DNA from: a virus
Reading direction: 5' to 3' (one strand)
IMG/VR virus record: IMGVR_UViG_3300045999_009829
DNA: 64,000 nucleotides
Shown here: one piece after another, positions 23,419 through 31,907 of the stretch
How the letters are laid out: every line of letters starts with the position of its first letter
Position numbering within the stretch: position 1 is the first letter of the stretch
Made by a program: the position numbers and the translations under genes
The notes under the pieces: model-generated
What the model was told of the DNA's origin: nothing
Database searches by the model: none
What the model saw: only the letters and a program-made list of their open reading frames with translations

Positions 23419-23489
23419 TTTTTAGGTGACCCGCAAAAATTATTTCCGAATCTTCTCAATGCGTTGAAGCTAACCCATTGAGATGGCGT

Positions 23490-23547
23490 GGTTGACTTTT
23501 ATAGCGGCTAGGGGTATAAAGAGACTATGAACAACGGAGACACACAA
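23490..23547 (+). repeat. Early promoter-RBS cassette copy (+ strand)
   Basis: TTGACT 23492, TATAAA 23515, GAGACTATGAACAACGGAGAC. Confidence 0.85.
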
Positions 23548-23748
23548 GTGGATCGGATTGATCGGAACAAGGTTCGCGAACTGACCCGTGCGCTGGAAGC
23601 CCGGGTGAACTCTCCCCACTACGTCATCGGCTGGCTGGAGTCCATGATCGCCTCGGTCGACTCGCCGGTCCGCCTGACCAAGAAGCAGGTCAAGGCCTTC
23701 AACGAGATGCTCGACGACAACATCCGCTGGGCATCGGAGACGAAGTGA
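23527..23748 (+). CDS. Hypothetical early protein
   Basis: 73-aa ORF (or GTG 23548), strongly C/G-ending codons. Confidence 0.7.
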   Translation: MNNGDTQVDRIDRNKVRELTRALEARVNSPHYVIGWLESMIASVDSPVRLTKKQVKAFNEMLDDNIRWASETK

Positions 23749-23805
23749 CCTATTGACTTTATTCTCAGATCGGATATAATCCACAAGCAATCAACGGAGA
23801 CAGAC

Positions 23806-24288
23806 ATGACCAAGCTCATCAAGCAGGCTAACCGCCCCGGGCTCTACGTCTCGGACATCATCAACGAGCGCTACCAGATCCTCGAGTCCGAGGTGTTCAA
23901 GTCCTCGTACTTCGTGTACGACCTGGTCAAGGACGACATGATCCGCTCCAACGACGGCAGCTGCAAGTACTTCGACTCGCTCGACTCGGCAATGGCAGTC
24001 GCTACCGGTCTGGGCATGGTCGCTAAGGCCGTCAAGGTCAAGCAGCCCAAGCCCGAGAAGATCAAGGAGCCCAAGGCGGCTGGCAAGCGCGACGAACTTC
24101 AGGCAGCCGGCCGGCCGAAGCCCAAGAAGGGCTCCGCCAACGGCACGATCATCGAGCTCATCAAGACGACTCAGATGACTGACGCCGAGATCTCTGCCGA
24201 GGTCATGCGGCTCTTCCCCGACTGCAAGACCTGCAAGCCCTACGACGTCAAGTACCGCCGTCGCAAGGTCGAGGCGGGCGCCCTTTGA
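23806..24288 (+). CDS. Basic hypothetical early protein (possible DNA binding)
   Basis: 160 aa, Lys-rich linker; promoter TTGACT 23753 / TATAAT 23775. Confidence 0.7.
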   Translation: MTKLIKQANRPGLYVSDIINERYQILESEVFKSSYFVYDLVKDDMIRSNDGSCKYFDSLDSAMAVATGLGMVAKAVKVKQPKPEKIKEPKAAGKRDELQAAGRPKPKKGSANGTIIELIKTTQMTDAEISAEVMRLFPDCKTCKPYDVKYRRRKVEAGAL

Positions 24289-24743
24289 TCACTCGCTACG
24301 GCGCCCCTAATAGGGCCAGTCCGGAACTGGCAGTCGAGGCTCTCGGGTTCTTTACCGAGAGCCTCATGAGCAAGCGTCTGTGCGCCAACCTCAAGATCAG
24401 GCTGTTCTTCAAGGACGACCTGCTCAAGAAGCACAGGCTTGAAGCTCAGTGCGCCTGGGAGGATGACAACCTCCGGCCCCGCGAGTTTGCCGTCACGGTC
24501 GACAGCGGGCTCACCAGGCATCGCATGCTGCTTTCACTGGCTCACGAGGCGGTGCACATCAAGCAGTACGCGACTGGCGAGCTGAGGTACTTCATCCGCG
24601 GGTGCGCCTGCAGGTGGCGGGGCAAGCCCATCAACGAGGATCGTATCCCCTACACCGAGCTCCCGTGGGAGATTGAGGCCTGGGGCCGCGAGCGTGAACT
24701 GTTTGAGTCATTCTTAGAGACAAGGAAGAGAGGCCGTGCCTAA
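24285..24743 (+). CDS. HExxH zinc metallopeptidase-like protein
   Basis: LAHEAVHIKQY...PWEIEA. Confidence 0.8.
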   Translation: MITRYGAPNRASPELAVEALGFFTESLMSKRLCANLKIRLFFKDDLLKKHRLEAQCAWEDDNLRPREFAVTVDSGLTRHRMLLSLAHEAVHIKQYATGELRYFIRGCACRWRGKPINEDRIPYTELPWEIEAWGRERELFESFLETRKRGRA

Positions 24744-24867
24744 AAGGAATCCTGTGGCCAGAGCTCTGGCCTCGCGACTCTTCGCCAAGAGAGTCGTGAA
24801 ATCCAAAAAGATCTATAGCCGCAAGGCAAAAAGAAAGGGCGCCGATTTGGCGCCCTTTTCGCATTAG
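24736..24867 (+). CDS. ArfA-like basic peptide (43 aa)
   Basis: Not in ORF track: MPKRNPVARALASRLFAKRVVKSKKIYSRKAKRKGADLAPFSH; aligns by eye to E. coli ArfA residues 14-45. Confidence 0.6.
   Translation: MPKRNPVARALASRLFAKRVVKSKKIYSRKAKRKGADLAPFSH
24828..24859. terminator. Bidirectional intrinsic terminator at the strand convergence point
   Basis: AAAAAG-AAAGGGCGCC-GATTT-GGCGCCCTTTT. Confidence 0.8.
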
Positions 24868-25202
24868 TCGAGGTCCTTGTTTCGTGACCCTGGTGTGTCT
24901 ACCATCAGGTAGCGAGCCTTTTCGTTGACTCGATGTCGAGCCTCCAGGATTTCACGGACCTCGAAGAGTCTCTGGACACAGGCCCTGATGGTCCGCCTGG
25001 TGACCTCGTCGTTGGTTCCGTCCTCTAGATCTATGAGAGCGGCATGGAGGTTGTTGTCCACCGACCGGTCGACCAAAATTACCATGCCGTCGTTGTCTTT
25101 TTCCTCAGGCTCTGGGTAAAGCAGATTTGCTATCCGATCGAGCTCAGCCTCTCGGATCACCTTGGGCTCCGGCTGGAACCACTTCATGAACAATTCAATC
25201 AC
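24864..25202 (-). CDS. Hypothetical protein
   Basis: 112-aa ORF. Confidence 0.65.
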   Translation of the reverse strand: MIELFMKWFQPEPKVIREAELDRIANLLYPEPEEKDNDGMVILVDRSVDNNLHAALIDLEDGTNDEVTRRTIRACVQRLFEVREILEARHRVNEKARYLMVDTPGSRNKDLD

Positions 25203-25602
25203 GCGTCGCTTTCTTCTTTCCTATCGTGTACTTTGATTCCAAAGTCCAGTCAGACTTCTCCTTGTAGGCAATGATCTTGACGCTGGACAGCTTTGCCACC
25301 GAGTCGGAGAATGCCGACTTGTTGACAATCTCAAGCAGTCCCCACTCCTCAAGCAGGAAAGCGATAGCGTTGCGCCTGGATCTGTCCTCGTCGGTGAAGT
25401 CAGATGGCTTACCGTCGAGCTGAAACAGCTCCTTGAAGTGCACGATGTAGTACTTTCCGCGCTTGTGAAGGATGTGACAGGACTGAAAGAGCTTCTTTTC
25501 CTTCTTTGAGGCAATCCCGATGCGGGTTAGGGTCTCTTTTATCTTGAGGAAGTCTTCTTCTTTCTTAAGCGAGACCTCTAGAAAGGTGTCTGTGATGGTC
25601 AT
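25195..25602 (-). CDS. regA: Translational repressor RegA
   Basis: DFLKIKETLTRIGIA, QSCHILHKRGKYYIVHFKELF, KYTIG. Confidence 0.97.
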   Translation of the reverse strand: MTITDTFLEVSLKKEEDFLKIKETLTRIGIASKKEKKLFQSCHILHKRGKYYIVHFKELFQLDGKPSDFTDEDRSRRNAIAFLLEEWGLLEIVNKSAFSDSVAKLSSVKIIAYKEKSDWTLESKYTIGKKKATRD

Positions 25603-25631
25603 AGGAATGCCTCATTCTGTTTTGTTCCTAT

Positions 25632-26150
25632 TTATTTTTTGGCATTCCTTGAGTCTGGATAGACGTAGGTCTCCAGGAACTGCTTCCTCTCGGACTCTGA
25701 GAGCACGGACCAGAACTGTCGGGTGCGCTTCAGGTTGAACTGCACCACTCGGGCCACGTCCTTGAGGACCTTCAGCTCCTTCTTCTCGGCATCGGACCGC
25801 TTGAGCCACCCACCCTCCTTCCAGCGCTTGCGCTTCTGCACAGAGTAGAACAGGTAGTCGTGCTGCATCTTCTTGTCGAGGTGGTAGTTCAGGTTCAGGA
25901 ACTCACCCGACGCAAACGTGTCCGGGAAGATGGTCATGGCTCGGTTGACCGTGTACGGGTCAAACTCGGATTGGGTGTCCTCAGCCAGTAGGTACTGCTT
26001 GCCGAAGTTGATGTCGTTGATGAAGTTGAATACGTTGAACTTCTTCTCGACTTCAACTTCGACTGGGGCTGCCTTGACCCTGCCGAAGAGAGTCGAATGA
26101 ACCTCGACCTCTTCCTTCGGTACTGCCTTCTTGGTCTTGATCATGCCCAC
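25632..26150 (-). CDS. 62: Clamp loader small subunit (gp62-like)
   Basis: YTVNRAM...LDKKMQHDYL...KRKRW; position between gp44 and regA. Confidence 0.85.
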   Translation of the reverse strand: MGMIKTKKAVPKEEVEVHSTLFGRVKAAPVEVEVEKKFNVFNFINDINFGKQYLLAEDTQSEFDPYTVNRAMTIFPDTFASGEFLNLNYHLDKKMQHDYLFYSVQKRKRWKEGGWLKRSDAEKKELKVLKDVARVVQFNLKRTRQFWSVLSESERKQFLETYVYPDSRNAKK

Positions 26151-27079
26151 TCGCAGCGCATCATCACCTCTACAAAGAAGGCGATGAGGTTGATCTCGTG
26201 GTCAGCCACGAATGCCGCCTTGTACTGGTAGTCTGCAATGATCACGATGAGCTCGGGGATGGACTTCTTACTGACCAGCTCAGACGCGTTCTCGTAGACC
26301 GAGCGGAACACGTTGACCTGCTCTTGGTCAGAGTTGTCGTGGACCCACTTGCGGATGGCGTCGAAGTCCTTCCGCTTGCACGCCTCGAGCACCTGCTTTA
26401 CCGTGAGGTCCTCGAACCGAGTCAGGATGCCAGAGTCGATAGAGCCCGTGGCGCTGTAGCGCTGCAGCTCGTTGAGGACTCGGCGCCAGTCTGGGAAGTG
26501 CTTCTGGATGACAGCAACGACCACAGAGCGCTCGTACTTGATGCCCTCCTTGTCCAGGATTGCCTCGGTGCGCTTCATGAACTGCGCCGCCAGCTTGGGC
26601 TTGCAGTCCTTGGGAACCACGAAGTCGATGACCGAGCACCGCGAGTGGAGCGGCTTGATGATCCTGTTCTTGTAGTTGCAGGTCAGGATGAAGCCGCAGT
26701 TCTTGGAGAACTCCTCCATGAAGTTGCGGAGCGCCGGCTGAGTGGAGTTCTGGTTGAGGTAGTCTGCCTCATCCAGGATCACGTACTTGCGGCCGCCCTG
26801 TAGAGAGACCGACGAAGCAAAGTTGAGGATCTCATTCCGGAGGGTGTCGATGTTGCCGTTCATCGAGCCGTTGATGATGATGTAGTCGCACCCGAGCTCC
26901 TCGAGCATGGCTCGGGCGACTGTAGTCTTGCCGACGCCTGCCGAACCAGCCAGGATCAGGTTCGGCACGTTCTTCTGGTCAACGAATGTCTGGAAAGTCT
27001 TCTTGAGGTCGGCGGGCAGGATGGTGTCTGCGATGGCCTTTGGGCGATAGCGCTCGCACCACAAAAACTGTTCAAGCAT
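26141..27079 (-). CDS. 44: Clamp loader large subunit (gp44)
   Basis: WCERYRP, GSAGVGKTT, DEAD, SRC. Confidence 0.97.
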   Translation of the reverse strand: MLEQFLWCERYRPKAIADTILPADLKKTFQTFVDQKNVPNLILAGSAGVGKTTVARAMLEELGCDYIIINGSMNGNIDTLRNEILNFASSVSLQGGRKYVILDEADYLNQNSTQPALRNFMEEFSKNCGFILTCNYKNRIIKPLHSRCSVIDFVVPKDCKPKLAAQFMKRTEAILDKEGIKYERSVVVAVIQKHFPDWRRVLNELQRYSATGSIDSGILTRFEDLTVKQVLEACKRKDFDAIRKWVHDNSDQEQVNVFRSVYENASELVSKKSIPELIVIIADYQYKAAFVADHEINLIAFFVEVMMRCEWA

Positions 27080-27171
27080 AAGTCACGGGTCCTTTCATGA
27101 TAAATAGCGGGAAGGTGGATGCTTGCAACAACCACCCTCCCTAAGCACAATAACCTTTGGAGGAGGTTACC

Positions 27172-27729
27172 ATGCCATACATTATATATCGGATTACCAA
27201 CAAGGTCAACAGTAAGTCTTACGTAGGTAAGACCACCAAAAGCTTACAAGAGCGCTTCCAAAAACACGTATATAACTGTAAAGCTGGAAGCAACACATAT
27301 CTCTACAAAGCCATGAGAAGGTACGGTATAGAAACCTTCACTGCAGAAGTTCTTGAAGAAACAACATACGATCAGCTTAATGATCAAGAGAGCTTTTGGA
27401 TCTTGAAGTTATCACCTGAATACAACATGACTTCAGGTGGAGATGGCGGCGATACGTCGACTTCACCGAACTTCAAGAAAAGCATGGAACTTTATCATAA
27501 AAACAAGCCCAGAGAAGAGTATGCCACATATGGTATGCTAGGAAAGCCCTGCAAAACAAAAGGGCAACCAAACAGAAAACTGCATTGCCCAGTAATTTGT
27601 GAGGGCAAGATGTATGAATCAGTGGGCTCAGCCCAGAATGCTTACCCGGGCATTAATGTCAGAAAACGTCTAGACAATCCAAAATACCCAGAGTTTTACA
27701 GACTACGAGAAAAAACTTGTAGAAAGTAG
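27172..27729 (+). mobile_element. Free-standing GIY-YIG homing endonuclease (Seg-like)
   Basis: IIYRITN...YVGKT...RFQKH...E...YNMTSGGDG; AT-rich; opposite strand to neighbours. Confidence 0.88.
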
Positions 27730-27753
27730 GAATTGCTCTAGCATTTCTTGTCC

Positions 27754-28128
27754 TCAGATCTTGAAGAGGCGATGGCGCTGAAGATTGGTCAGACCGTAGG
27801 GTTCACAATCTACCACGACCGTCTCGTTATAGGTATACTCAGCGTCAACCAGCTTGGCTGGAATGGTGGTGTAATCCCAGTCCTTATAGCGCTCGGTGAT
27901 AACCTTACCGGTGGCCATAGTCTTTCTGGTGTTGATACCGCGAACACGCGTGAAAACAACCTTGCCGTTATCGGGGTCCTTGAGGACGCCATCAAACCAG
28001 CCCGTGTTCTGATTGACACGCTTGTTGTACCCCATGGTCACATAAGCGACACGATCACCTGGATTGATCGTCTGTCCGACTGCATTTACAAAGGGCTCTG
28101 CGGAAAATTGGTTGTAGGGCTTACCCAT
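27754..28128 (-). CDS. Hypothetical protein
   Basis: 124-aa ORF with SD GGAG. Confidence 0.65.
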   Translation of the reverse strand: MGKPYNQFSAEPFVNAVGQTINPGDRVAYVTMGYNKRVNQNTGWFDGVLKDPDNGKVVFTRVRGINTRKTMATGKVITERYKDWDYTTIPAKLVDAEYTYNETVVVDCEPYGLTNLQRHRLFKI

Positions 28129-28153
28129 CTCACATCTCCATCATATAGGGTTG

Positions 28154-28221
28154 TGACCCGGATTTGGTACACAATGCCATTATAACACACGTGTCGGTGG
28201 TTTTGCACCAAATCCGGGTCA
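28154..28221. repeat. Perfect 15-bp inverted repeat enclosing an extended -10 promoter
   Basis: TGACCCGGATTTGGT / ACCAAATCCGGGTCA; TGnTATAAT on the minus strand inside. Confidence 0.8.
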
Positions 28222-28226
28222 TAAGA

Positions 28227-28880
28227 TCAGAAGGTGCTGGACTGCTCGATAGCGATCCAGTAGGTAGCCTCCACACCGGTAAACTGCGAGATGCCCTTCG
28301 ACGAGATCTGCACCTGGTAGTCGCCGTCGATGATCTTGATGTTCTCTGCACGGAAGACCGCACGGAAAGCAAGATCGGTGTCGCCGATGGCCACGCTGAA
28401 GGTGTCCGCAGAGGGATTCTTCACGTCGATGGCCTGCAGAGTCAGACTCGAGCCGTCACCGACAATGGCGAGCTCAGGAAGACCAAGGACACTCATGGCC
28501 TTGAGCACGTCCTGCATCGCCTTGTTGGTCAGGGAGCAGGTCACGTCGACCGAGGGGAGCTTGATGTCCTTCTCGGGCGGTGCCAGGATAACGGTCGGAT
28601 CGCTGTAGTGGTACGTGATCGAACCGCGAGCGCCGCTGATGACGGCAGAGTTGTCACCGAACTGAACGTCTGGATCATCGAACAGCGACAGAGCACTCAG
28701 AAAGCGACTGAGAGCATAGATCGGCACTTGGCGCTCGAACGTGTCAGGCACCGTGGCCTTAGCGAGGACCGTCTTGTTCGAGGCGATCGAAGCCAGGGTG
28801 TTACCTGGCTTGATCACGATGGACGGGTTGATAGTCGAGAAGTTCTTAAGAATGTGTAGTGTCTTGGCGGAAAGCTTCAC
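28227..28880 (-). CDS. 45: Sliding clamp (gp45)
   Basis: MKLSAKTLHILKNFSTINPSI...YWIAIE. Confidence 0.95.
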   Translation of the reverse strand: MKLSAKTLHILKNFSTINPSIVIKPGNTLASIASNKTVLAKATVPDTFERQVPIYALSRFLSALSLFDDPDVQFGDNSAVISGARGSITYHYSDPTVILAPPEKDIKLPSVDVTCSLTNKAMQDVLKAMSVLGLPELAIVGDGSSLTLQAIDVKNPSADTFSVAIGDTDLAFRAVFRAENIKIIDGDYQVQISSKGISQFTGVEATYWIAIEQSSTF

Positions 28881-28951
28881 TGCATTGTCTCCATCACGAA
28901 TGTTGTCAGTAGGGTCAATATATCACATGCACTTATGTTGTAAACCAAAGA

Positions 28952-29797
28952 TCACTTCTTCTTCTTGAGCATTCCAGTGTCGGCAGTAGCGGGGGCGCCG
29001 ATCTGAGCCAAGTCAATCAGTGACCCGCCGAAGATGTAAGAGCCGACATGCTGCAGCTTCATCCATGGGCAGTACCAGATCTTGCCCTCGATCTCGATAA
29101 GCTTCTGGCAGAACCAGTAGTCCTCAGACAGGTAGCGCTTCGACTTGGGATCAATTTCAGCCTGGAAGAACTGCATGATCTCACGGGTACCGTCGAAGTG
29201 CTCGGTGCGGACGTGGTCAGGCTTGTAGCTGTACTGGGGATAGGCTTGCTGGAACTTCTCGAAAGCGCTGCGGCGAGTCATCATGAAGCCCGTGCCGACC
29301 TCGGACACCTCGACTGGCTGGTCCACTCGGATAGAGCCAGAGCCCGACTTGGGGTTGAACACGAAGTCACCGACGTAGCGCTCGAGGACGTTGGGATCCT
29401 CATCTGCCATGCCCTTGTCGACTGCCAGCTTGATCTTCTCCCACGAGATGCACTTCTTGGGGTAGGGACCTGCGAGCACGTCGTACTCGGTGTCGTCGCC
29501 CTGTAGAGCAAGCATCGCCAGAACGTCACGGGGATCGAAGCCGATGTCAGAGTCGATGAACATGAGGTGGGTGCAGTTCGAGCGCATGAACTCGTCGACG
29601 ATGTAGTTGCGTGCACGAGTGATGAGCGACTCGTTGAACAGGAAGTAAGAGCGGAGCTCGACGCCGTGGTTGGTGCACATGGCGGTAAGGTCAGCGACTG
29701 ACTTCGTGAACATGCCGGCGCACTGACCGCCATACATCGGAACGCCTAGAAAGAGCTTGCGCTTGCGAAGTTCGTCGATGGAGATGGAGATTTCCAT
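28952..29797 (-). CDS. GT-A fold glycosyltransferase-like protein
   Basis: ESLITRARN, MFIDSDIGF (DxD), GTGFM, YLSEDYWFC. Confidence 0.75.
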   Translation of the reverse strand: MEISISIDELRKRKLFLGVPMYGGQCAGMFTKSVADLTAMCTNHGVELRSYFLFNESLITRARNYIVDEFMRSNCTHLMFIDSDIGFDPRDVLAMLALQGDDTEYDVLAGPYPKKCISWEKIKLAVDKGMADEDPNVLERYVGDFVFNPKSGSGSIRVDQPVEVSEVGTGFMMTRRSAFEKFQQAYPQYSYKPDHVRTEHFDGTREIMQFFQAEIDPKSKRYLSEDYWFCQKLIEIEGKIWYCPWMKLQHVGSYIFGGSLIDLAQIGAPATADTGMLKKKK

Positions 29798-30106
29798 TCA
29801 CTTGTCCTTTTCATGGTGTGTCATGTGGTGGTTCATGGCAAGCACGGTGTAGTGGAGGACCTTCATCAGATCGTCCTTGTTGTGTCCGTTCTTCTTGCCG
29901 TATCGGGATGCGTACTTGATGATGTTTCCGATGTAGAAGCCCTCGGAGTGCCCGGCTGAAATGATCAAGTCTTGAGCTTGAACCTTGTCGCCGTAGTGCG
30001 AGCCGTATGTCTTTCTGATGTACTGGTGCAGCTCGTCTAGGATGTGACCTTCGTTGTACTTGAACTTGATCACGTCCTCCTTGGGGTATTTATTCACGTC
30101 ATTCAT
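29798..30106 (-). CDS. DUF3310 / T7 gp1.7-like nucleotide-kinase-family protein
   Basis: SHY...GFYIGNIIKYASRYGKKNG...DLMKVLHY. Confidence 0.75.
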   Translation of the reverse strand: MNDVNKYPKEDVIKFKYNEGHILDELHQYIRKTYGSHYGDKVQAQDLIISAGHSEGFYIGNIIKYASRYGKKNGHNKDDLMKVLHYTVLAMNHHMTHHEKDK

Positions 30107-30113
30107 GGGGTCC

Positions 30114-30953
30114 TCACGTATTGCTGAACTTGATGTTCTGCTCTATCTCGCGCTTGTCCTTCTCGTAGGGTGCACGGTAGTTGTTGTTGGCTCGAATGGC
30201 TTCCTTGAGGACAGACATCTCAGAGCCAAGAGAGTTGGCAAATGCAACCAGGGCAGCCGTGTCCTTAGGGAAGCAAGCGCCGCCGAAGCCTCGCTTGCCG
30301 TCAAAGCCGGGGACGGTGGTGTGTGACCTGCCGACTCTATCATCAGCAGTGATGGCGCCGACCACCTTGCCGAAGTTACCGCCGTACGCGTTGACGGTAT
30401 CATAGAACTGGTTGAACCACAGAACCTTGGTGGCAAGGAAGCTGTTGATCCCGTACTTTACAAAGCTGGCGTCCACCGGAGTCATGTGATATGTAGGGCA
30501 CGGCTTGCACAGGCTGTAGTACTTGTAGAGGTACTCCAGGGCGGCGGTTGCCGATGGCTCGCCGCCGAACACGTGCATGAACGGGTTCACGAAGTCCTCG
30601 TTGGCGCTCTTCTCGGTGAGGAACTCCGGGTTGTAGACCATGCGATTGATCTTGTCGCCGCGGAAGAGCCTGTGGATGATGTTCGGCGTTACAGTCGACT
30701 TGATGATGATGTACCCGCTGACCTTCTCGAGCAGGTGCTTGACAACCGACTCGATGATGGATGAGTCGATCGACCCGTCCTCACCCATGGGCGTGGGCAC
30801 GCACACGAAGGTGAAGTCGATAGGCTTGTCCTCGAGATCCTTTACGGTCGTTCCCTGCTTGGGGTCAATGATGTGCTTGTTGCACATGATGTCAGGGAAT
30901 CCATAGTCAACAGCCTTGCCGACAAAGCCGTGACCTACAATTGCAATGTCCAT
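30114..30953 (-). CDS. ugd: UDP-glucose 6-dehydrogenase (short form)
   Basis: GHGFVG, CVPTP, IKSTV, NPEFL, KYGINSFLATK, GFGGACFPKD. Confidence 0.9.
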   Translation of the reverse strand: MDIAIVGHGFVGKAVDYGFPDIMCNKHIIDPKQGTTVKDLEDKPIDFTFVCVPTPMGEDGSIDSSIIESVVKHLLEKVSGYIIIKSTVTPNIIHRLFRGDKINRMVYNPEFLTEKSANEDFVNPFMHVFGGEPSATAALEYLYKYYSLCKPCPTYHMTPVDASFVKYGINSFLATKVLWFNQFYDTVNAYGGNFGKVVGAITADDRVGRSHTTVPGFDGKRGFGGACFPKDTAALVAFANSLGSEMSVLKEAIRANNNYRAPYEKDKREIEQNIKFSNT

Positions 30954-31907
30954 TCAGTTCACTCCATAATATGACTTGTACCACTCTGCAAATTTAGCCA
31001 CGCCCTCGGGGATGGATACGGACGGCTTCCAGCCGAGAGCCTGAAGCTTTGTGGTGTCCGACCAGGTCTCCAGGGTGTCCGCAGGGTGACGAGGTAGCAT
31101 GTTCTTCTTGAGCTCTCGACCGAAGTTTTTCTCGATCTCTGCAATGAAGTCCATGAGGTTGACCTGCTGACCACGACCGATGTTGAAGATCTCGTGCTTC
31201 GGGTTGTCGGTGATCATGGCACGGTCAATGATGATCTTGATGCCGGCGACGATGTCGTCCACGTACGTGAAGTCACGCTTCATGTCACCGTAGTTGAACA
31301 CGTCGACTGGTCGATCTTGAATTGCTGCCTCTGCAAACTGGAACAGAGCCATGTCAGGTCGACCGTATGGACCATAGACGGTGAAGAAGCGGAGACCGAT
31401 GGTCCGATCCAACTTTGAGGTCATGAACTGACACTCGTTGGACCGCTTGGTGTAGCCGTATGCATTCAGTTGGTGACCGGTGGGCTCGTCTTCCTTCCAA
31501 GGAAGCGGATTGCCCGCCATCACGCACGACGTAGAGGCATACACGACTGTATTTACACCGAGCGACTCACAGACCTCGATCAGGTTCTGAGTGCCGACAA
31601 TGTTGTTCTCGATGTACTCTAGCGTGTTGTTGTACGAGTGGCGGACACCGACCGACGCAGCAAGGTGCACGACTGCATCTGGCTTGTGAGCCTCGATGAA
31701 CCAGTTGAACGAGTCCTTCTTGCGGAGATCGGCTGTGACCACCGGCGCACCGAGTTGGTCCAGAATATGCGCTCGGTGCTTCTTGAGCCTCACGTCGTAG
31801 TAGGAACTGAAGTTGTCAAGTCCGACAACCTCGTGTCCAGCATCTACCAGAGCTCGTGTGAGGTGGAAGCCGATGAAGCCAGCGGCGCCGGTGATCAGGA
31901 TCTTCAT
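30954..31907 (-). CDS. NAD-dependent epimerase, UDP-glucuronate 4-epimerase type
   Basis: TGAAGFIG, YYDVRLK, YGYTK, LRFFTVYGPYGRPDMA, RDFTYVDDI. Confidence 0.9.
   Translation of the reverse strand: MKILITGAAGFIGFHLTRALVDAGHEVVGLDNFSSYYDVRLKKHRAHILDQLGAPVVTADLRKKDSFNWFIEAHKPDAVVHLAASVGVRHSYNNTLEYIENNIVGTQNLIEVCESLGVNTVVYASTSCVMAGNPLPWKEDEPTGHQLNAYGYTKRSNECQFMTSKLDRTIGLRFFTVYGPYGRPDMALFQFAEAAIQDRPVDVFNYGDMKRDFTYVDDIVAGIKIIIDRAMITDNPKHEIFNIGRGQQVNLMDFIAEIEKNFGRELKKNMLPRHPADTLETWSDTTKLQALGWKPSVSIPEGVAKFAEWYKSYYGVN

Noticed and set aside
10795-23547. Repeated cassette as a CRISPR array or IS ends
   Set aside because: Copies are separated by whole genes of variable length and contain -35/-10/SD elements; no cas or transposase gene is present.
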